Shown: positions 40,292 through 50,380, counted from the first letter of the stretch. The stretch: DNA of 64,000 nucleotides from Candidatus Poribacteria bacterium (GCA_965214095.1 OZ243938.1:1600001-1664000); one strand, 5' to 3'. Notes: generated by a model from the letters alone, not told the origin. A program made the numbers and translations.

Positions 40292-40358
40292 AAAGTTGTG
40301 ATTGAAACAGCATTCCATGTAAAGGTTCCTGCAAGGTGATTAAATAGGAAGCATTACC

Positions 40359-40862
40359 ATGCTACATATAGCGGAAGATCTCCAAATCGCAGAGACTATT
40401 AATCAAATTCTAAAAGATTATGATTTTCTGGAATATGATGAAAAGCAGTCTAGGGACGATATACTATGCATAAAGGTAACCCACCCCGAAATTGAACGTG
40501 ATTTTGAGTACTGCGAGAATATCCGCAAAAAATTGGAGAAATCTACTAATCTAAGTTTTTTTATACCTGACAAAGCCTATTTTGAAAGGAATGATTGTCG
40601 AAAAGCAGCGAATTATTTCACTTTGAAATTGAGAATAACTTCTAATCCAGGCCAGTGTGGCGGCAGACCTTGCATCCGAGGGATGCGGATTCGGGTGACA
40701 GATGTTTTAGACTTACTTGCCAGCGGACTCTCTTTTAAAGAGATTCTTGAGGAAATGCCGGACCTTAATTCCGAAGATATTGTGGCATGCCTCAAATTCG
40801 CTGTGCATAAAATTGATCCTCCGGTGATTCGTAAAACTGATCATCCAGTGATTACTGTATGA
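40359..40862 (+). CDS. DUF433-domain antitoxin with N-terminal extension
   Basis: RITSNPGQCGGRPCIRGMRIRVTDVL..EILEEMPDL..EDI.ACL. Confidence 0.85.
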   Translation: MLHIAEDLQIAETINQILKDYDFLEYDEKQSRDDILCIKVTHPEIERDFEYCENIRKKLEKSTNLSFFIPDKAYFERNDCRKAANYFTLKLRITSNPGQCGGRPCIRGMRIRVTDVLDLLASGLSFKEILEEMPDLNSEDIVACLKFAVHKIDPPVIRKTDHPVITV

Positions 40863-41200
40863 AGGTTTGGATAGATGCTCAACTTTCTTCAGCACTTGCA
40901 CCATGGATCAAGAATACTTTTGCTGTTGATGCGTTTTCAGCCAAGTGGCTTAAATTTCAAGAAGCGAGTGATAGAGATATATTTTTAGCGGCGCGAGAGA
41001 CAGAATGTGTTGTGATGACAAAAGACTACGATTTTGTTGAATTATTGGATCAGTTTGGTCCACCACCGCAAATAATTTGGATTAGATGTGGTAATACATC
41101 AAATGCTCAAATGCGTAAGATTTTGCTGCATAGTTTCCCAAAAGTCCTTTCGCTTTTACAAGAAGGAGAACCTTTAGTAGAAATCACGGATTTCTCGTAG
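40859..41200 (+). CDS. DUF5615 PIN-like toxin
   Basis: WIDAQL, SDRDIF, MTKDYDF, GPPPQIIWIRCGN; ATGA overlap. Confidence 0.88.
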   Translation: MKVWIDAQLSSALAPWIKNTFAVDAFSAKWLKFQEASDRDIFLAARETECVVMTKDYDFVELLDQFGPPPQIIWIRCGNTSNAQMRKILLHSFPKVLSLLQEGEPLVEITDFS

Positions 41201-41254
41201 ATAAGACTATGTAACTGTTCAATCAAGCCTCAACAAACATCTGGTATAATCAAT

Positions 41255-42511
41255 ATGACACAAAAAACAAAACACACCTCAGACTTTCGTCCACTTGATG
41301 TCCGAGCCATACGCGGAGATTTCCCCATTTTCTCCGACACACCACCGTTGGCATTTCTTGACAGTGCCGCGTCAACGCAAACACCGCGTCCTGTCGTTGA
41401 AGCAATGGACGCTTATTATGACACCTATCGTTCTAATATACATCGTGGCATATATCGGATTTCAGAGGAAGCAACAGAACAGCATGAAAATGCACGTAAA
41501 AAAATAGCACACCTAATTAACGCACCACGCACATCACAAATTGTCTTCACACGGAATACAACAGAATCTATCAATCTCGTCGCATATAGTTGGGGGAGTA
41601 TGAACATTAGTCAAGGTGATGAGATCGTTCTTACCGACCTTGAGCATCATAGCAACCTTGTCCCGTGGCAAATGCTCGCACAGCGCACTGGTGCTACACT
41701 CAGATATCTTGAGATAACCGATCAAGGTTTACTCGACTTCACACAACTACAGGATATACTATCAGAGAATACAAAGATAGTAGCTATAACCCATGTTTCA
41801 AACGTATTAGGGACAATCAATCCGATTCAGTCTGTTATAGATGCTGCGCACGCTGCTGGTGCGAAAGTACTAATAGATGCCGCGCAATCCGTTCCACATT
41901 TTCATGTGGATGTTCAGCAACTGGATTGTGATTTTCTCGCATTTTCTGGACATAAGATGTGCGGTCCCACAGGTATTGGTGTGTTATACGGAAAATTGGA
42001 TCTACTTGAGGAGATGCCGCCGTTTCTCGGTGGCGGTTCAATGATACGTTCTGTTGAACGGGACATCTCAACGTATGCAGATGTGCCTGCAAAGTTTGAA
42101 GCAGGTACACCGAGTATTGCAGAAGCAATCGGTCTCGGTGCTGCCGCAGATTATATTACACAAGCAGGCTTAGCATCAATTCATGTCCATGAACAAGAAC
42201 TTGTTAAATATGCTCATGATCGTCTACAGGATATTGAAGGCATTACAATATATGGTCCAGCACCACATCAGAAGGCAGGTGTTATCTCCTTTAATATAGA
42301 TGGCATCCATCCGCATGATGTTGCTGGAATTTTAGATACACATAACATCGCTATTCGCGCAGGACATCACTGCGCACAACCGTTAATGAAAAAATTAGAT
42401 GTTATCGCAACTGCTCGTGCCAGTTTCTACTTATACAACACACTTGAAGATGTAGATCGCTTATATGAAGCACTCCAGAAGGCACAAGCACTTATGATAC
42501 GGAGAAAATAA
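41255..42511 (+). CDS. sufS: Cysteine desulfurase
   Basis: LDSAAS, EHHSN, FSGHKMCGPTG, RAGHHCAQP. Confidence 0.96.
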   Translation: MTQKTKHTSDFRPLDVRAIRGDFPIFSDTPPLAFLDSAASTQTPRPVVEAMDAYYDTYRSNIHRGIYRISEEATEQHENARKKIAHLINAPRTSQIVFTRNTTESINLVAYSWGSMNISQGDEIVLTDLEHHSNLVPWQMLAQRTGATLRYLEITDQGLLDFTQLQDILSENTKIVAITHVSNVLGTINPIQSVIDAAHAAGAKVLIDAAQSVPHFHVDVQQLDCDFLAFSGHKMCGPTGIGVLYGKLDLLEEMPPFLGGGSMIRSVERDISTYADVPAKFEAGTPSIAEAIGLGAAADYITQAGLASIHVHEQELVKYAHDRLQDIEGITIYGPAPHQKAGVISFNIDGIHPHDVAGILDTHNIAIRAGHHCAQPLMKKLDVIATARASFYLYNTLEDVDRLYEALQKAQALMIRRK

Positions 42512-42900
42512 TGAACATTTATCAGGAAGAACTACTTGACCACTACGAAAATCCCTGCAATTATGGTACATTACCGAACCCCGATATTTCACACGAGGAA
42601 GATAATCCATTATGCGGGGACAAGATTCGGATGGACCTACTTGTTGAGGATGATACAATCAAAGAAGTGCGGTTTTGTGGACATGGGTGTACAATCAGTC
42701 TAGCCGCTGCATCTATGCTGACGGAAAAGATTGAAGGTAAGACACTCACAGAAATTAAAAATCTCTCACGAGACGACATAATGGATATGATCGGCATTCC
42801 GTTGGGACCTGTCCGTGTGAAATGTGCATTATTAGCACTCAAAGTTCTTAAAGCTGGGGCTTATGGTATTAAAGGTTGGCCCGGTGAAGAAGATGAATAA
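42511..42900 (+). CDS. sufU: SUF system NifU-like protein
   Basis: NPLCGD, GCTIS.AAASM, RVKCA. Confidence 0.9.
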   Translation: MNIYQEELLDHYENPCNYGTLPNPDISHEEDNPLCGDKIRMDLLVEDDTIKEVRFCGHGCTISLAAASMLTEKIEGKTLTEIKNLSRDDIMDMIGIPLGPVRVKCALLALKVLKAGAYGIKGWPGEEDE

Positions 42901-42908
42901 GGAACATA

Positions 42909-43220
42909 ATGGCAGAATATTATAAAGTTGCGAATGTAAGTGAAGTGCCTGAAGGCACAAAAAAATTAGTTGAAGTAGACTTCGTTCCCGTGCTACTCTT
43001 TAACATTGAAGGTGAGTACTTTGCAATGGAGGATGTTTGCACACATGATGGTGGACCTCTCGGTGAAGGCTTTTTGGATGGTGAAGAGATAGAATGTCCA
43101 CGTCATGGAGCACGATTTTGTGTTAAAACCGGAAAAGCGCTTTGTATGCCTGCAGTTGAAGACATTGAATGTTTTCCTGTCAAAATTGAAGACGACGAAA
43201 TTTTAGTTAGTATTGACTAA
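42909..43220 (+). CDS. Rieske-type ferredoxin
   Basis: CTH...CPRH. Confidence 0.92.
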   Translation: MAEYYKVANVSEVPEGTKKLVEVDFVPVLLFNIEGEYFAMEDVCTHDGGPLGEGFLDGEEIECPRHGARFCVKTGKALCMPAVEDIECFPVKIEDDEILVSID

Positions 43221-43268
43221 CACTATATTGAAACAGAATTTAATTTACTGCATTTGGAGGAAAGGATA

Positions 43269-43568
43269 ATGGTATCAGAAGAATCTGTATACGAAGCTAT
43301 CAAGGAAATTATTGACCCTGAAATCGGTATTAACATTGTTGACATGGGACTTATCTACGATGTTGACATCAACGAGACTACTGTGGATATTACGATGACC
43401 TTAACAAGTCCTGGATGTCCTGCTGGTGGCCAGCTTGTCAACGGCACGCAGCACGTCACACAGCAGTTGGATGGTGTTGAAGAAGTGAATGTCAGTGTTG
43501 TTTGGACTCCGAGATGGACTCCCGAACTGATGAGTGAAGACGCGAAAGACGAACTCGGAATATTCTGA
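43269..43568 (+). CDS. sufT: DUF59 metal-sulfur cluster assembly factor (SufT-like)
   Basis: DPEIGINIVDMGLIY, MTLTSPGCP, WTP. Confidence 0.88.
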   Translation: MVSEESVYEAIKEIIDPEIGINIVDMGLIYDVDINETTVDITMTLTSPGCPAGGQLVNGTQHVTQQLDGVEEVNVSVVWTPRWTPELMSEDAKDELGIF

Positions 43569-43586
43569 CAAATTTATGAGGACCTA

Positions 43587-43832
43587 ATGGAATACAAAAT
43601 TCCTCTTGTTCTGACACCGCAACCTGAAGGTGGTTATACAGTAACTTCTCCACTGTTGCCAGAATTGGTTACCGAGGGTGATTCGTTAGACGAGTCTTTA
43701 GAAAACGTCAAAGATGCTTTTCAAGCAGTCATTGAACTCTATCAAGAATTAGGACGTTCATTACCAGAAAATATTCAGATTTCTGATAAGAACAGTCTCA
43801 TGTGGTTCGAAACTGTAGTGTCTGCATCGTGA
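43587..43832 (+). CDS. HicB-family antitoxin
   Basis: PQPEGGYTVTSP.LPELVTEGDSLDE..ENVKDA. Confidence 0.88.
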   Translation: MEYKIPLVLTPQPEGGYTVTSPLLPELVTEGDSLDESLENVKDAFQAVIELYQELGRSLPENIQISDKNSLMWFETVVSAS

Positions 43833-44041
43833 AATATAGAGAAGTTTCTCAAAAATTAACAACCCTTGGTTGTCAAGAACGGAAGAGAAAAACTGGTGGA
43901 TCACATAGGAAATGGTATAATCCTAATACCCAACAAGGTACTGTTGTTCCTGATTGGGGAAGACGAGATCTGAAATTAGGAACGATTCGTTCTGTTGTCC
44001 GTCAATTGGGAATCAATTGGCAAGATTTCCGAGACGCATAA
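43829..44041 (+). CDS. HicA-family toxin
   Basis: GTG start overlapping hicB stop; GGSHRKW.NP, DLKLGT.RS..RQLG. Confidence 0.88.
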   Translation: MKYREVSQKLTTLGCQERKRKTGGSHRKWYNPNTQQGTVVPDWGRRDLKLGTIRSVVRQLGINWQDFRDA

Positions 44042-44072
44042 AGAACATAGTTATTTGATAGTCATTTGTGTA

Positions 44073-44459
44073 ATGAATACAGACTGTAATAATCCCAAAC
44101 TACTCAAAAAACATGACAATGTTTTCCAAATAGAATGGAAAGATGGACATGCCAGTTGGTATCCATACCACTATCTCAGGCAAATGTGTCCGTGTGCTGA
44201 ATGTGCCATCATCCGTCATGAAGGAAAGGATGTTCACTCACTCTTTTCACCACAGGGTGACGGAGATATAACACTGATTGAAGTATCAGAGGATATTCAA
44301 CCGATAGATATACAGTTAGTTGGTCGTTACGCACTCCAGTTCAGTTGGGATGACGGACATAATACTGGGATTTATCCGTTTGAAGTCCTGCGTGAGACAT
44401 GTCCGTGCACAGAGTGTGCACCATTACCACCTGAACATATTGAGGAAATACCCAAATAA
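44073..44459 (+). CDS. DUF971 / GBBH-like N-terminal domain protein
   Basis: WKDGH..YLRQMCPCAEC..VGRYAL..WDDGHNTGIY. Confidence 0.88.
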   Translation: MNTDCNNPKLLKKHDNVFQIEWKDGHASWYPYHYLRQMCPCAECAIIRHEGKDVHSLFSPQGDGDITLIEVSEDIQPIDIQLVGRYALQFSWDDGHNTGIYPFEVLRETCPCTECAPLPPEHIEEIPK

Positions 44460-44794
44460 TGCAGACGAGAACATCACTGCCTGAAATAACGCCACAGGAA
44501 CTAAAACAGAAACTTGATGAAAACGACTCGGTGTTTTTGCTGGATGTGCGTGAACAGAGCGAATACGATATCGTGCACCTTGAAAATGCACAGTTAATCC
44601 CGCTCAATACATTGCCTCAATATATAGACAGGCTCCCACCCGACCAAGAGATTGTTGTCTACTGTCATCATGGACAACGGAGTCTCTACGCAACCGCTTA
44701 TTTGCACCAAAATGGATATACTGAAGCGATGAACCTGATTGGTGGAATTGACCAATGGACAACTGAAATTGATACAACGTTAAGGAGATACTAA
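44459..44794 (+). CDS. Rhodanese-like sulfurtransferase
   Basis: LDVRE..EY, VYCHHGQRS, NL.GGI..W. Confidence 0.92.
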   Translation: MQTRTSLPEITPQELKQKLDENDSVFLLDVREQSEYDIVHLENAQLIPLNTLPQYIDRLPPDQEIVVYCHHGQRSLYATAYLHQNGYTEAMNLIGGIDQWTTEIDTTLRRY

Positions 44795-44798
44795 TAAT

Positions 44799-44990
44799 AT
44801 GCTCGTAGAATTTGAGAACCGTTCTGGTGAAATGGAACAAGCCGAAATGGAAATCGATGAACCTTGTCCAACATGTTGTGGCATGCTTTTTCCCGCTGTG
44901 GAATCTAAGCCGGAAAGTGGATACCGATGCAGTAGCTGCGGACTCGTCTTCAAAGCTGTAGAGGAAAATACAGAAGAAGTCTCAAAATAA
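44799..44990 (+). CDS. Small zinc-ribbon hypothetical protein
   Basis: CPTC...CSSC; RBS AAGGAG. Confidence 0.65.
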   Translation: MLVEFENRSGEMEQAEMEIDEPCPTCCGMLFPAVESKPESGYRCSSCGLVFKAVEENTEEVSK

Positions 44991-45011
44991 ACCGAACTTA
45001 CACAGATTTAT

Positions 45012-46100
45012 CTATTCTATCTCTCGGAAATTTGGAACTTCCATTGGCACTCCCCCGCTTGCTATAGATTGTTCCGATACCAGTCCCGGCACAGTGTAAT
45101 CCATGGCAGTATAAACATCAATCGGTGGTTGAGTATCATTCAAGATACAATCAATAAAATCGCGCACTTTGAAATACTCACCGAGGTCACCTACTTCTTG
45201 TGCTTCTGTAGGAGGGTTTATCCAACGTTCAGGTAAGAGATCGTCAAATTGGGATAATGGTCTCCACTGTTCACTTATTCCGAACTCACTTAGCCATATT
45301 TTTGGCGCAGCACCCAACCCACGTGAACTCTCATAACAGCCTTTTGTGCCTTGTAGACTGAAATAGGAATTTGCCGGACGATTGGAAAGCATGTCAATCC
45401 GAATCTTGATTAATCCACCGCTTTCCGTTTTGCACAACATCATCACAGTATCTTCCATCGCATGTTCAGGATCGGTATTGACACCCGTACCGAGGCAGCA
45501 GACACTCACAGCCCGTTCACCAAACCACTGCAGCACAGGACCGAGACTGTGTGTTGCATAGTTGCACCGATTTATCCCTACCTGCCAGTAGTAACGCCAT
45601 GTTGGATTACCACTTTCATCGTGATGAAGAGTTTTGATGTTATGCAAATACTCTCCCTCACCAAAATATAAATCTCCGAACAGTCCTTTTTCCACCATAT
45701 TGCGTATGAGTACATTGTGTTTGGAATAACATGTATTTTCTGCCATCGTATACTTTGCCGAGGACTTACGAACCGCACGAACAAGGTCATAGCACTCGTC
45801 CAACTTGACAGCGGCTGTAACCTCACTGATGACATGTTTCCCCGCATCTAATGCTTCAATTGACTGCGGGACATGCAGATTTTCAGGTGTGGCAAGTACG
45901 ACAAGGTCAACTGCATCTAACATTTCTGTATAATCTGTGAATTGATGTGGAACATTAAATCTTTCTGCAAGGTTTTGAAGTGAAGTCTCATTAACATCGC
46001 AAACAGCAACGACATCTGTTTCGGCTATTGTATCAAATTGGCGAAAATATGAACTTCCTCTGTTTGCACCTACAATTCCCACTTTAAGTTTATTTGACAT
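45012..46100 (-). CDS. Gfo/Idh/MocA family oxidoreductase
   Basis: KVGIVG, GKHVISEV, MAEN, GEYLH; ATG 46100 after GGAGG. Confidence 0.9.
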   Translation of the reverse strand: MSNKLKVGIVGANRGSSYFRQFDTIAETDVVAVCDVNETSLQNLAERFNVPHQFTDYTEMLDAVDLVVLATPENLHVPQSIEALDAGKHVISEVTAAVKLDECYDLVRAVRKSSAKYTMAENTCYSKHNVLIRNMVEKGLFGDLYFGEGEYLHNIKTLHHDESGNPTWRYYWQVGINRCNYATHSLGPVLQWFGERAVSVCCLGTGVNTDPEHAMEDTVMMLCKTESGGLIKIRIDMLSNRPANSYFSLQGTKGCYESSRGLGAAPKIWLSEFGISEQWRPLSQFDDLLPERWINPPTEAQEVGDLGEYFKVRDFIDCILNDTQPPIDVYTAMDYTVPGLVSEQSIASGGVPMEVPNFREIE

Positions 46101-46200
46101 GTATGTTCCTCCTAATAGGCAATAGCATAGCACATCGTCAAGAAAATATCAGCAATGTTCCTTGCATAAGTTTGGTGAGATGATATTACCTACACTCTTG

Positions 46201-46229
46201 TTGAAATCTGAAGTCAGACGGTGTATAAT
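46201..46229 (+). promoter_or_regulatory. Sigma70 promoter
   Basis: TTGAAA-N17-TATAAT with extended TG. Confidence 0.6.
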
Positions 46230-46279
46230 AATAAAGCGTTCAACGACAATCAAATAGTTATGATTTCCGGTTTTCATCT

Positions 46280-47692
46280 ATGAGTAAAAAGACACTTGAC
46301 CATCTATTAATCACTCTCACAATCTTATGCGATCTCTGTTTCATTGCAACTGCAATTGTCATCGCCTATTGGGTACGATTTGAATCAAGTTGGCTTGACG
46401 CGTTGGCATTACATAAAGGTGGCATCCCTCCTTTTAATGACTATCTCCGCCTAATCCCAGTGACAGCGATAATCTGGTTATTGATATTGAAGGGGTTTAA
46501 GTTATACCGTCCAGATGAATATGCTAAGTCATCAGTTTTTTGGAATCTATGTAAAACATCTGTTATTGCCTTAATCGGCACGTTAGCTGCACTCTTTTTT
46601 GTATATCACAATGTTGCATATTCCCGTTGGGTAATGCTGCTTGCCACATGTTTTAACCTTGTTTTCTTATTGACTTGTCGTCTTGTATTTCACCGATTTC
46701 GTCAGGCAATCCAAGCACAAGGTGTCGGTATTAGTCGTGTTGCACTTGTTGGTTGTGATGAACGTAGTATACAATTTATCAATGTTCTAAATTCCAAATC
46801 AAACAGTGGACACAAATTAGTTGGGTTGATTGATGGTGAAGAAGACACAGATATATCTCATACCGAAAGTTCAGATGTAGAGTTACTTGGTAATTGCGAT
46901 GAGATACTTGAGATAGTGATAAAGTGCAAACTTGATATTCTATTTATTACATCTCCAGTAGTTGAAAATCATACAATCTTGCATATCCTTCATGTATGTG
47001 AAGGAATTCCTATTCAGATATATGTTCTACCTGAACTTTCGGAATTCATCAAGGGTGGATCAGCGGTAACAGACTTTGAAGGATTACCTGTACTTGAACT
47101 GCGTGACACACCGATGCAAGGGGTAAGTGGGATCATAAAACGTCTGATAGATATTGTGTTTAGTCTGTTTGCTTTGATAGCATTAAGTCCTCTGATGCTA
47201 ATAATCGCTGTAGCAATACGGCTGGATTCTCCCGGTAAAGCATTTTTTACACAAGAACGTGTCAGTAGAGCGGGTAAACGGTTTGACATCTATAAATTCC
47301 GATCTATGCGTGCAGATGCGGAATATGAGATCGGACATGTGTGGGCAAAAACTGATGATCCACGTCAGACAGATCTTGGCAGGTTTCTAAGACGTTGGAG
47401 TTTGGACGAATTACCTCAATTTCTAAATGTTCTCAAGGGTGATATGAGTCTTGTAGGACCACGTCCTGAGATGTCTGGCTTAATTGATACGTTCCAAGAA
47501 ACAATACCGCACTACCTTGCGCGACAGCGTGTCAAATCCGGTATGACAGGTTGGGCACAAGTTAATGGATTGCGCGGAAATACGCCGCTTGAAGATAGGG
47601 TAAACTACGATCGGTACTATATTGAAAACTGGTCGATCACATTAGACATAAAGATCATTTTGAGAACGGTTTTCGCAATCATAAGAGGATAG
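46280..47692 (+). CDS. Undecaprenyl-phosphate sugar phosphotransferase (WcaJ/WbaP-like)
   Basis: KRLIDI, YKFRSM, SLDELPQ, GDMSLVGPRPE, G.TGWAQVNG. Confidence 0.93.
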   Translation: MSKKTLDHLLITLTILCDLCFIATAIVIAYWVRFESSWLDALALHKGGIPPFNDYLRLIPVTAIIWLLILKGFKLYRPDEYAKSSVFWNLCKTSVIALIGTLAALFFVYHNVAYSRWVMLLATCFNLVFLLTCRLVFHRFRQAIQAQGVGISRVALVGCDERSIQFINVLNSKSNSGHKLVGLIDGEEDTDISHTESSDVELLGNCDEILEIVIKCKLDILFITSPVVENHTILHILHVCEGIPIQIYVLPELSEFIKGGSAVTDFEGLPVLELRDTPMQGVSGIIKRLIDIVFSLFALIALSPLMLIIAVAIRLDSPGKAFFTQERVSRAGKRFDIYKFRSMRADAEYEIGHVWAKTDDPRQTDLGRFLRRWSLDELPQFLNVLKGDMSLVGPRPEMSGLIDTFQETIPHYLARQRVKSGMTGWAQVNGLRGNTPLEDRVNYDRYYIENWSITLDIKIILRTVFAIIRG

Positions 47693-47703
47693 TGTTTATA
47701 CGG

Positions 47704-48738
47704 TTATTCTGAGAAAAAGCGACGAACAAAGTTCCATGCCGCTGCCTTGTAATACCTATGTCCACCATCACCAATGTATAACTCACATTGATCTTCAACA
47801 CCTGCGACGGTGTATATTTCTTTCAGTTTTTCATAAGCAAAATTGACATGATCAATTGGAAAAATGGGATCATCTCGTCCGGCAATTGCACAGAACGGAC
47901 GCGGAGTGATTAACCCTGCAACATCATACATCTCACCCAATCGCATGACACCGGGAACATAGTTACAATCACAATGCCGAATAGTACCGATGCTTCCTTC
48001 AAAAGTGCAATAGTAGCAACTGGGAACTGCGACTGCAATTCGTGTCTCACAAGCAGCTGCAAATAGTGATACAGTGCCTCCGCCAGAATTGCCAGTTATA
48101 GCTATTCTTTCAGCATCTATGGGTAGATTGTCGACTGCCCAATCAATGAGTCGTGACATATCCCACACCCTCTCACCGATGGGAGTCCTTCCAACAAGTA
48201 TGCTATGTACCAATTGATGACGGCAAGAATGTGTAGCATTATTATTTTTGTCCGCATCTGTTCGTGTTTCACCGAATGCACGTGTTGTTGGTGCAATTGC
48301 GATGTAACCTTCCTCAGCAGCAGCTTGCCGTGCAATGTCACGTTCACCTTCAATCATCTCCTTTTCCTCTTTTTCAGAGTGAGCGATTCCTGCGTAGATG
48401 TGAGGGTGGTTATGTCCGTGAGGTGTAAGAATTAGCGGAATATCCCCTTCAATTGTTTTGGGTTTCAATAGGTAAAATGGTAACGGGACTGTCGGTTCCA
48501 CCCACAGATACCAACTTTCTCGAATGTGACTATCCATATCTAAAACTTCCAGTTGTTCTGCTTTAGGGACATAACCGACAAGGTCAGATTCCATGTTGTC
48601 TAATCCGAGGATATTACGGAGTTCAGGACGAAAGTTTGCCTGCCATGCGGTTAATCCTTCGGATGTAGTTTCATTGAATTCATACTTTCTTGGGACAGTA
48701 TCATATAGGGTTTTAAAATGTTTGTCAGCGTTGTACAT
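47704..48738 (-). CDS. Alpha/beta hydrolase (dienelactone hydrolase/acetylxylan esterase-like)
   Basis: HGH, GNSGGG nucleophile, HC.CNY.PG, GGH. Confidence 0.85.
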   Translation of the reverse strand: MYNADKHFKTLYDTVPRKYEFNETTSEGLTAWQANFRPELRNILGLDNMESDLVGYVPKAEQLEVLDMDSHIRESWYLWVEPTVPLPFYLLKPKTIEGDIPLILTPHGHNHPHIYAGIAHSEKEEKEMIEGERDIARQAAAEEGYIAIAPTTRAFGETRTDADKNNNATHSCRHQLVHSILVGRTPIGERVWDMSRLIDWAVDNLPIDAERIAITGNSGGGTVSLFAAACETRIAVAVPSCYYCTFEGSIGTIRHCDCNYVPGVMRLGEMYDVAGLITPRPFCAIAGRDDPIFPIDHVNFAYEKLKEIYTVAGVEDQCELYIGDGGHRYYKAAAWNFVRRFFSE

Positions 48739-48921
48739 TACAGTTTCCTCTTCCACGGATAAATAAATAAAATATATAAGATTGATTGTGTGTGATGTTT
48801 TAGATTATATCTTAATTTCCATTTCCTGTGGTGGTTTTTCTGTTTACAGATAGGCATTTCATTGGACATATAACACTATCTCATGTTATTATGTAAAAAA
48901 CTAATTAAGGAGATTACCAAA

Positions 48922-49782
48922 ATGACAAATTCAGTAACTTTTCGTTGCTTGTTCATTCTTATGCTCATAACAGTAGTTGCAATCATTCCTGCATATTCGG
49001 TTGACGTAACTGTTGGCTTGTTGGCAGGCAGTAATAACCTTGGTGAAGTAGAGGAAGCAGCCTACAATTGGGCGGATGACAATTATCCAGCGACAATCCT
49101 TGTAGCAGGTAATGGTGGTACATTCGAAAGCATCGGAGGCGGTGCGAACAAATTAGATCAATATGCTGTGTTATGGTTGTTCTACACAGAAACGAATCAG
49201 TTGCCGGGTCCGTTTGAGGCAGATGCAACTAAGAAGGCAATACTTGATTATGTAGAGTCTGGTGGTGGTTTATTTCTCTCTGCCCTTGGTCTTCGTTATG
49301 TTGTAGACATGGGTGTGGACGATGGTGGAAATGCCCGTGTATTTCAACCCCTGGGTAAAGGACCGCCTGAGATTGGTGTTATGGCAACAGAGGAAGCCAA
49401 GAATCATCCTGTCTATAAAGGATTTGATACTGCCGAACCGATTTTTCTCACGAGCATGGATCAAGCGGGTTTCACAGCAGATTTCATTGATTTCAAAGCA
49501 AAACCACCTGCAGGCAAGATACTCGGTACTAAAACGCGTGGCGGTGGTGCTGGTGCCGGTGAACGTCCATTTGTTGAATATGAGGTTGAGGATGGTAAAA
49601 TCATCACACTTGGACATCATAATGGCGTATATACTGATACGAAGTCCCCAGAAAGCGATAATTTGAGGATGTTGACAACAAATGTCCTCAATTACCTTGG
49701 AGAAAATTCCGCATTCTTTGCTGTTGATCCTAACGGGAAACTGGCAACGACTTGGGGAACAATAAAGTCAGCATTGAAATAA
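48922..49782 (+). CDS. Secreted protein (DUF4960-like) with Poribacteria-type tail
   Basis: Signal peptide; YVESGGGLFLS; NL..LT.N.LNYL; VDPNGKLATTWGTIK. Confidence 0.7.
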   Translation: MTNSVTFRCLFILMLITVVAIIPAYSVDVTVGLLAGSNNLGEVEEAAYNWADDNYPATILVAGNGGTFESIGGGANKLDQYAVLWLFYTETNQLPGPFEADATKKAILDYVESGGGLFLSALGLRYVVDMGVDDGGNARVFQPLGKGPPEIGVMATEEAKNHPVYKGFDTAEPIFLTSMDQAGFTADFIDFKAKPPAGKILGTKTRGGGAGAGERPFVEYEVEDGKIITLGHHNGVYTDTKSPESDNLRMLTTNVLNYLGENSAFFAVDPNGKLATTWGTIKSALK

Positions 49783-49809
49783 GTTATTACTAAGATTTAT
49801 GAGTTTGAG

Positions 49810-49837
49810 AACCCATAACATAATACTGTTATGGGTT
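49810..49837. terminator. Bidirectional hairpin terminator
   Basis: aacccataaca-N6-tgttatgggtt between convergent genes. Confidence 0.65.
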
Positions 49838-49873
49838 TTCTATTCTATAGAAAACGATATTCACAGAACTATC

Positions 49874-50164
49874 TTACAGAATAGGTTCATTGTCAATCTT
49901 TTTTGTAACTGAAGTGTTAAAAGGATTCAGCGTAGAATGGTGCAAAACCCAATATGCTACTGCAACCAACACGCCACCAATTAGTGTTGCGAATAACCAC
50001 ATCGCAGGATTCACCAGGATCGTTGGTCTTACGGTTCTTCGCAATCGCAAAGAATCACTATAGACTGCAAATGCAAAAACCACGCGTACCAGGACAATGA
50101 GTAAAGTAATAACAAATGTCCAGAATGTAATTATATAGTCTGGGATAAAAGCAAGATTGATCAT
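49874..50164 (-). CDS. Small membrane protein
   Basis: Two TM helices; W.FATL.GG..VA..YW..HHSTL. Confidence 0.7.
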   Translation of the reverse strand: MINLAFIPDYIITFWTFVITLLIVLVRVVFAFAVYSDSLRLRRTVRPTILVNPAMWLFATLIGGVLVAVAYWVLHHSTLNPFNTSVTKKIDNEPIL

Positions 50165-50380
50165 TTTAATTCCTCTAAATTATGATTATTGTTTGTTTAA
50201 TGACACTATTTGAGAATTATTGAATGTTGTGTATATTCTCACATTATAGTAGATTATTGTTCTTTGGACAATGTTTATCTGTAATTAGAATTCAATAACA
50301 TTTGACACTATCATACTCATTTGATAATATACATGTATCAGATTTGAACACGATTTTTTTCTTCAACGGAATGACATATT

